Origin: Reclinomonas americana ATCC 50394
Lineage: Eukaryota
NCBI GenBank assembly: GCA_048213135.1
Contig: PS015009.1
Span: forward strand, 2,046,001 to 2,110,000
Length of the DNA: 64,000 bases
Direction of reading: 5' to 3'
The translations under genes and the position numbers were made by a program. How positions within the stretch are numbered: position 1 is the first letter of the stretch; every line of letters begins with the position of its first letter. Positions 59,508 to 64,000 of the stretch are shown one piece after another. The notes under the pieces were generated by a model, which had not been told where the DNA came from, searched no databases, and saw only the letters and a list, made by a program, of their open reading frames with translations.

Positions 59508-60563
59508 ATGAAAAAAATTCTGGTAACGGGCGGTTGCGGCTATATCGGGGCACACACAGTGGTGGACCTGGTAGAGCATGGATTTGAAGTGATCTCTGCC
59601 GACAATAATTCCCGCAGCCATGAATCCATACTGAGGGGCGTGGAAAAGATCACCGGTAAAAAGATTAAGAACTATAAGGTTGACCTGTGCAGTTATGACG
59701 ATACTTTCGCCGTATTCCAGGAAAATGCTGATATCGAAGGTATCATTCATTTCGCGGCCTATAAAGCGGTGGGCGAATCGGTGGAGAAACCCCTTCTTTA
59801 TTTTGAGAATAACCTCACTTCCCTCATCAACGTACTCAAATGCGCTGAAGAATTCAAGGTGAAATATTTCGTGTTCTCTTCTTCCTGTACTGTGTACGGC
59901 AACCCCGACGCTGTGCCGGTTACTGAGCAAACGCCGCAGAAACCAGCAGAATCGCCCTACGGCGCCACTAAGCAAATGGGCGAACAGATTGTACAGGAAA
60001 CAACCGCTGGGAACGGTTCCCATGCCATCCTCCTCCGTTATTTCAATCCCGTAGGGGCGCATCCTTCTATTGAGATCGGCGAAATGCCGGTAGGCAAACC
60101 TGCCAACCTGGTGCCGGCCATTACCCAGACCGCCATAGGCAAACTGCCCCTGATGCAGGTGTGGGGCGATGACTATCCCACACGTGACGGCAGCTGTGTA
60201 CGCGACTATATTCATGTAAGCGATATCGCCCATGCCCATACCCTGGCCCTGCAACGCATGGCAGGAGGGGGGCAGCAGGCGGCCACGGAAATATTCAACC
60301 TGGGTACAGGAACCGGGTATACCGTGCTGGAAGTGATCAGGGAGTTTGAAAAAGTGTCCGGCGTTAGCCTCAATTACCGTATTGGCGGTCGTCGTGCCGG
60401 GGATGTGATCGCCATTTATGCCGATAATGAAAAAGCCCGTGAAGTGCTGGGCTGGACACCCCAATACAGCCTCACCGATATGATGAACAGCGCCTGGAAA
60501 TGGGAACTGCGGCTGAAAGCCGATGAAAACCTTTTTGCGGCAAAGCACGCCGGGCTCAACTGA
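59508..60563 (+). CDS. galE: UDP-glucose 4-epimerase
   Basis: GGCGYIG, HFAAYKAVGES, YGATK, LRYFNPVGAH, RDYIHV. Confidence 0.96.
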   Translation: MKKILVTGGCGYIGAHTVVDLVEHGFEVISADNNSRSHESILRGVEKITGKKIKNYKVDLCSYDDTFAVFQENADIEGIIHFAAYKAVGESVEKPLLYFENNLTSLINVLKCAEEFKVKYFVFSSSCTVYGNPDAVPVTEQTPQKPAESPYGATKQMGEQIVQETTAGNGSHAILLRYFNPVGAHPSIEIGEMPVGKPANLVPAITQTAIGKLPLMQVWGDDYPTRDGSCVRDYIHVSDIAHAHTLALQRMAGGGQQAATEIFNLGTGTGYTVLEVIREFEKVSGVSLNYRIGGRRAGDVIAIYADNEKAREVLGWTPQYSLTDMMNSAWKWELRLKADENLFAAKHAGLN

Positions 60564-60685
60564 TTTGCCTTACCTTCGCCTTCCATTGATCCCCCTCTGC
60601 AAAATAACCAGGACCATTTCCTTTGATGAACCCTAACAACCGGTTGATGATTGCTCATAATCTGCCGGAGTAAAACCCAAACCTC

Positions 60686-61438
60686 ATGCTTAAAAATGCC
60701 GGGGGCATTATATTGCTGCTATCCGTGCTGTTGCTCACAGCATGTAAAAAATTTGAAAAAGCCGGTTATATGGACGCGCCGGGTATCGTACTCACTTTTG
60801 ATGACGACCGGGTCGATAACTGGTATAAATACCTGCCACTGCTGGATTCCGCCGGTGCTAGGGCCACTTTCTACATCTGCAAGTACAACCGGATGACACC
60901 GGACCAGAAAGACAAACTCCGCATCATCCGCAGTCATGGTCACGAGATCGCCTACCACAGCACCAATCATTACAATATGATGGACTACGTATACCGGTTT
61001 CACCATACACCGCAGGACCTGATGCAGTGTGAAATAGAAGCGGGCCTGAAAATGATGAACCGCGATGGTTTTTACCCCGAGACCTTCGCCTATCCGTATG
61101 GTGCCCACAACGGTCTCTTCGACAAAATGCTGATGCGCTACTTCAAAAGTGTAAGGGCGCTGAACGGGTCGCAGGACTTTTCAAAAAGCATTGTCGCCAC
61201 GCAAAAAAATGATATACTGTATGGCCTCGGTATCGATAAAAGCAGCAAACGCAGTGATGGGGATATACTGACAGTGCTGGAATCGGCCCAAAGCAATAAT
61301 GCCTGTGCCGTACTCGTGGCACACGATATCAATACCAGCAGCCGCCTCAGCGTTACCCTTGAACGCCTTCGTATGATCTTCGATTTCGCGAAGAAGGAAG
61401 GGATGAAATTCTATACCGCCAGGGAAATATCTGATTGA
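60686..61438 (+). CDS. Polysaccharide deacetylase (CE4-like) lipoprotein
   Basis: Lipobox LTAC; LTFDD, GHEIAYHSTNH, FAYPYG. Confidence 0.85.
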   Translation: MLKNAGGIILLLSVLLLTACKKFEKAGYMDAPGIVLTFDDDRVDNWYKYLPLLDSAGARATFYICKYNRMTPDQKDKLRIIRSHGHEIAYHSTNHYNMMDYVYRFHHTPQDLMQCEIEAGLKMMNRDGFYPETFAYPYGAHNGLFDKMLMRYFKSVRALNGSQDFSKSIVATQKNDILYGLGIDKSSKRSDGDILTVLESAQSNNACAVLVAHDINTSSRLSVTLERLRMIFDFAKKEGMKFYTAREISD

Positions 61439-61581
61439 TTTGAAAATGAGTTGCTGTTCTTTGTGTTCCGCCGGGGTCATCCGGAGGAGACCCCGGTGTT
61501 GTCCTGCCTGGAATTTCCACAGCGGCACCATTTCTTTCCCCATTATCCCATCATCAAATCAGCATATTCGCACATTTGCAT
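61437..61581. repeat. Octamer tandem array with a short opposing arm
   Basis: GATTTGAA AATGAG at the deacetylase stop; ATTATCCC ATCATCAA ATCAGCAT ATTCGCAC ATTTGCAT at 61542-61581. Confidence 0.65.
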
Positions 61582-61623
61582 TACCTTGCGGCATCTTTCA
61601 GCATCAACTTAAACAGATATTTT

Positions 61624-62577
61624 ATGCTCAATGAAATTCAGTCGACAGGCAATAAAGATACCCGTAGCGGTTTTGGCGATGGTATCCTCGAAGCGGCAAG
61701 GGAAAACCCCAATATTGTGGCCCTCACTGCCGACCTGGCCGGTTCTTTAAAGCTGAATGGTTTTATCAAGGAATTTCCTGAACGTTATATCCAGTGTGGT
61801 ATTGCCGAAGCCAATATGATCGGTATCGCGGCGGGGCTGACAGTAGGAGGTAAAATTCCTTACACCACTACTTTCGCCAATTTCTCCACAGGCCGGGTAT
61901 ACGACCAGATCCGCCAGAGCGTAGCATACAGCGGTAAAAATGTGAAGATTTGTGCATCGCATGCCGGTCTTACCCTGGGCGAGGATGGCGCCACTCACCA
62001 GATACTGGAAGATATTGGACTGATGAAAATGCTGCCCGGTATGACCGTGATCGTTCCGGCGGATTATAACCAGACCAAAGCCGCCACCAAAGCCATTGCC
62101 GGCTACGAAGGCCCGGTTTACCTGCGCTTCGGCCGCCCGGTTTGGCCCATTTTTACCAAAGAAGAAGATTTTGTAATAGGTAAAGCGCAACGCCTCAATG
62201 AAGGATCAGATATTTCCATCTTCGCCTGCGGACATATGGTTTGGGTAGCTGTTGAAGCTGCAAAGATCTTACAGGAAAAAGGTATTCACGTTGACCTCAT
62301 CAACATACACACCATTAAACCGCTTGACGAAGAAGCTGTACTGGCTTCTATCCAGAAAACACGCTGCGTGGTAACTGCCGAAGAGCATAACGTTATCGGC
62401 GGACTGGGTGACAGCGTCGCCCAGGTGGCGGCCAAACGCTGTCCTGTTCCCATTGAATATGTGGGTACCAACGATACTTTCGGAGAAAGCGGCAAACCAG
62501 TTGAATTGTTAAAAAAATACGGCCTTGATGCGGAACATATAGTAGCCGCGGCGGAAAAAGCGCTGGCCCGCAAATAG
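61624..62577 (+). CDS. Transketolase C-terminal subunit
   Basis: GIAEANM, GEDGATHQ, YLRFGR, TAEEH. Confidence 0.92.
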   Translation: MLNEIQSTGNKDTRSGFGDGILEAARENPNIVALTADLAGSLKLNGFIKEFPERYIQCGIAEANMIGIAAGLTVGGKIPYTTTFANFSTGRVYDQIRQSVAYSGKNVKICASHAGLTLGEDGATHQILEDIGLMKMLPGMTVIVPADYNQTKAATKAIAGYEGPVYLRFGRPVWPIFTKEEDFVIGKAQRLNEGSDISIFACGHMVWVAVEAAKILQEKGIHVDLINIHTIKPLDEEAVLASIQKTRCVVTAEEHNVIGGLGDSVAQVAAKRCPVPIEYVGTNDTFGESGKPVELLKKYGLDAEHIVAAAEKALARK

Positions 62578-62597
62578 GTATTAAACTTTTACACCGG

Positions 62598-62627
62598 AAA
62601 CCAATCATACGATTGGTTTTTTATTTT
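62598..62627 (+). terminator. Intrinsic terminator
   Basis: AAACCAATC-atac-GATTGGTTTTTT. Confidence 0.7.
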
Positions 62628-62647
62628 TACTGCTGTATCAACCTTAT

Positions 62648-63199
62648 ATGGCCGAACATTTAGACGATAACGAGCTGTTACACCAGTTCCGCAACCCGGA
62701 TACCCGGGAGGCAGGATATACCCGTATCATCAAAAAATACCAGGAAAAACTGTACTGGCACATCCGCCGTATGGTGGTGGAGCATGAAGATGCGAATGAT
62801 GTATTACAGAACATGTTCATTAAAGTGTGGCATGGCCTGGAGAATTTCCGGGAGGACAGCCAGCTCTACACCTGGCTCTACCGCATCGCCACCAATGAAT
62901 GCCTCACCTTCCTGGAACAGCAGAAAAAAAGGAGTGCCATCTCACTCAGCGACGTGGAGGGCGGCCTCAGTAATAAACTAAAAGCCGATAAGAACTTCGA
63001 CGCCAATAAACTGGAATGGAAACTACAGATGGCCATACAGCAACTGCCTGAAAAACAGCGTGCTGTATTCAACCTGAGGTATTACGATGAAATGCCTTAC
63101 GAAAAGATGAGCAAGGTGCTGGAAACCAGTGAAGGCGCCCTGAAAGCCAGTTACCATCACGCGGTGAAAAAAATTGAGGATTTTATATTGAATCATTAA
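62648..63199 (+). CDS. ECF RNA polymerase sigma factor
   Basis: DA.DVLQ..FIK.W, YTWLYRIATN, LPEKQR.VF.LRY. Confidence 0.95.
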   Translation: MAEHLDDNELLHQFRNPDTREAGYTRIIKKYQEKLYWHIRRMVVEHEDANDVLQNMFIKVWHGLENFREDSQLYTWLYRIATNECLTFLEQQKKRSAISLSDVEGGLSNKLKADKNFDANKLEWKLQMAIQQLPEKQRAVFNLRYYDEMPYEKMSKVLETSEGALKASYHHAVKKIEDFILNH

Positions 63200-63232
63200 A
63201 CTTTTGGGCTGAAAACAAGTCAGAATAAGCAC

Positions 63233-63985
63233 ATGAAACCCGGCAGCGACATATGGAATGAATTGAATGAACTGAGCCCCGTACTGGCTGGTCTTCCGAG
63301 TGTGAACGTATTTACCGTTCCGCAAGGCTATTTTGACAGCCTGGGTACGGTGATCATGGCCAGCCTGGGCGAGGAAGATCCGGTGCTTTTTAAGCACGGT
63401 AAACTCCCCGTAAGCAGTGATGTGCCTGCTGGTTATTTCGATGGACTGGCGGACAGTATCCTGGCAAAGATCAAAGCCGGGGCAGAAGCTTCCGCTTTGG
63501 AAGAGATGAGGAGCCTGTCGCCCATGCTGTACAGCATAAAGGGAGAAAATGTATACCAGGTGCCCGCTGGTTATTTCGACGGGCTGGCTGCGGAACTGAA
63601 CGCGAAAGTTCAGCCTGCCGCTAAAGTGGTGCCCATACGCAGGAGGGCCGCCACCTTTATGAAGTACGCGGTAGCTGCGGTATTCACCGGTGTAATGGCT
63701 TTGGGTGTATTCAAATTCACGAATAATAAGAGTGATAAATTGGATGACGTGGTACTGCAGGGACTGGAGATCGCCAAAACCAATACCCTGGAACAGGAGA
63801 TGAACCAGCTTTCCGACGCTGATATTGTAAAATACCTGTCCAGCAACGGTGAGAATGTAGACCTGGCCACTGTTACCAAGTATATCGACGAAAAGAACCT
63901 GCCCAGCCAGGAAGATTACCTGACCGATGACAAAGCGCTGGACAATTACCTTGATAAATTATCCGCCGAGGATTTAAATAACTAA
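63233..63985 (+). CDS. Hypothetical single-pass membrane protein, possible anti-sigma factor
   Basis: Three VP.GYFD.L repeats, one TM (YAVAAVF), directly after the ECF sigma. Confidence 0.7.
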   Translation: MKPGSDIWNELNELSPVLAGLPSVNVFTVPQGYFDSLGTVIMASLGEEDPVLFKHGKLPVSSDVPAGYFDGLADSILAKIKAGAEASALEEMRSLSPMLYSIKGENVYQVPAGYFDGLAAELNAKVQPAAKVVPIRRRAATFMKYAVAAVFTGVMALGVFKFTNNKSDKLDDVVLQGLEIAKTNTLEQEMNQLSDADIVKYLSSNGENVDLATVTKYIDEKNLPSQEDYLTDDKALDNYLDKLSAEDLNN

Positions 63986-64000
63986 ACAGGATCATGAAAA

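Noticed and set aside
61624-62577. Truncated transketolase pseudogene
   Set aside because: Split two-subunit transketolases are common and this ORF is an intact C-terminal subunit.

Overview
Mostly core-genome region of a Bacteroidota bacterium. Gene content (gldC, DUF4290-murA, TAnnTTTG promoters, POT/OPT cluster, split atp operon) is most consistent with Chitinophagaceae; this is an inference. It holds about 55 CDS, including housekeeping genes (gmk, murA, gcvH, serS, purD, mreBCD-mrdA-rodA, atpBEFH, galE), peptide transporters, and a roughly 21 kb phosphate-stress neighbourhood (PhoP/PhoR-like pair, PAP2, PlcP-like phosphoesterase plus glycosyltransferase, alkaline-phosphatase-superfamily protein, TonB receptor plus lipoprotein, porin, DUF47, PiT). 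No rRNA, tRNA, CRISPR array, transposase or integrase was seen. Three non-obvious signals stand out. (1) A four-helix-bundle (23S-IVP/Avd-like) gene is bracketed by a perfect 25-bp inverted repeat built from heptamer tandem units, and about a dozen other intergenic regions carry gene-less or single-armed 7/8-mer tandem arrays of the same design. (2) 11-bp-periodic direct-repeat boxes (Pho-box-like) sit at a near-fixed distance from the -7 promoter element at six promoters. (3) One of those promoters drives an apparent ~95-nt terminator-bounded transcript, a candidate small RNA. There is also a homopolymer frameshift in vanZ and a probable CTG start codon. All coordinates were read by hand.
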